A stretch of 63,543 nt of DNA, counting the filler, from Octopus bimaculoides (taxonomy: Eukaryota), in assembly GCF_001194135.2 (NCBI RefSeq). It is 5 parts of 5 records of this genome, joined end to end, with 100 filler letters (N's around TTAATTAATTAA, not from the genome) between each part and the next. Parts side by side here need not be neighbours in the genome. Positions count along the whole stretch, not along the records: positions 49,586 to 63,543 come from NC_069001.1; 4 more parts are not named here. One strand, given 5' to 3'. Below are positions 63,527-63,543 of this stretch, piece after piece (the first letter of the stretch is position 1; each line of letters starts with the position of its first letter). The notes beneath the pieces are model-generated. The model saw nothing but the letters and a program-made list of their open reading frames with translations, was not told where the DNA came from and made no database searches. Both the position numbers and the translations under genes were made by a program.

Positions 63527-63543
63527 CATTATTATCATTATTA

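Overview
Eukaryotic draft-assembly DNA, very likely Octopus or another coleoid cephalopod. This is inferred from the dense di/tri/tetranucleotide microsatellites and the repeated tRNA-derived SINEs, not from a database search. Most ORFs in the supplied track are microsatellite or N-gap artefacts. Four host genes are supported by splice sites plus reading frame: (1) a 12-exon plus-strand gene for an unidentified, acidic Ser-rich protein of about 262 aa (2602-18574); (2) a complete RPL30 on the minus strand (19142-22773), tail-to-tail with gene 1, with a TCT initiator and a TCTCGCGAGA palindrome; (3) the first coding exon of a PLP fold-type II threonine/serine dehydratase-like gene (42609-42740, +); (4) the last two exons of a Mn-CDF/metal-tolerance-protein-like transporter (48071-48972, -). 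Mobile DNA includes a decayed but near-complete Helitron (RepHel with STPR repeats, CTAG 3' end), a decayed Hsmar1-like DD34D mariner, many MITEs (hAT, Tc1/mariner, pogo-like, piggyBac-like, Merlin-like, two foldbacks), RTE and CR1/L2 LINE fragments, two LTR-like copies and at least five modular SINE types. The most interesting candidates are two degenerate minimal hammerhead-ribozyme folds in a Penelope-like repeat, a possible poison exon and snoRNA-like stem-loops in RPL30 introns, and a Merlin-like MITE that captured a LINE-ORF1-like fragment. Four artificial 100-bp joins (N44-TTAATTAATTAA-N44) mean contiguity at about 7.1, 25.9, 44.3 and 49.5 kb is not established.
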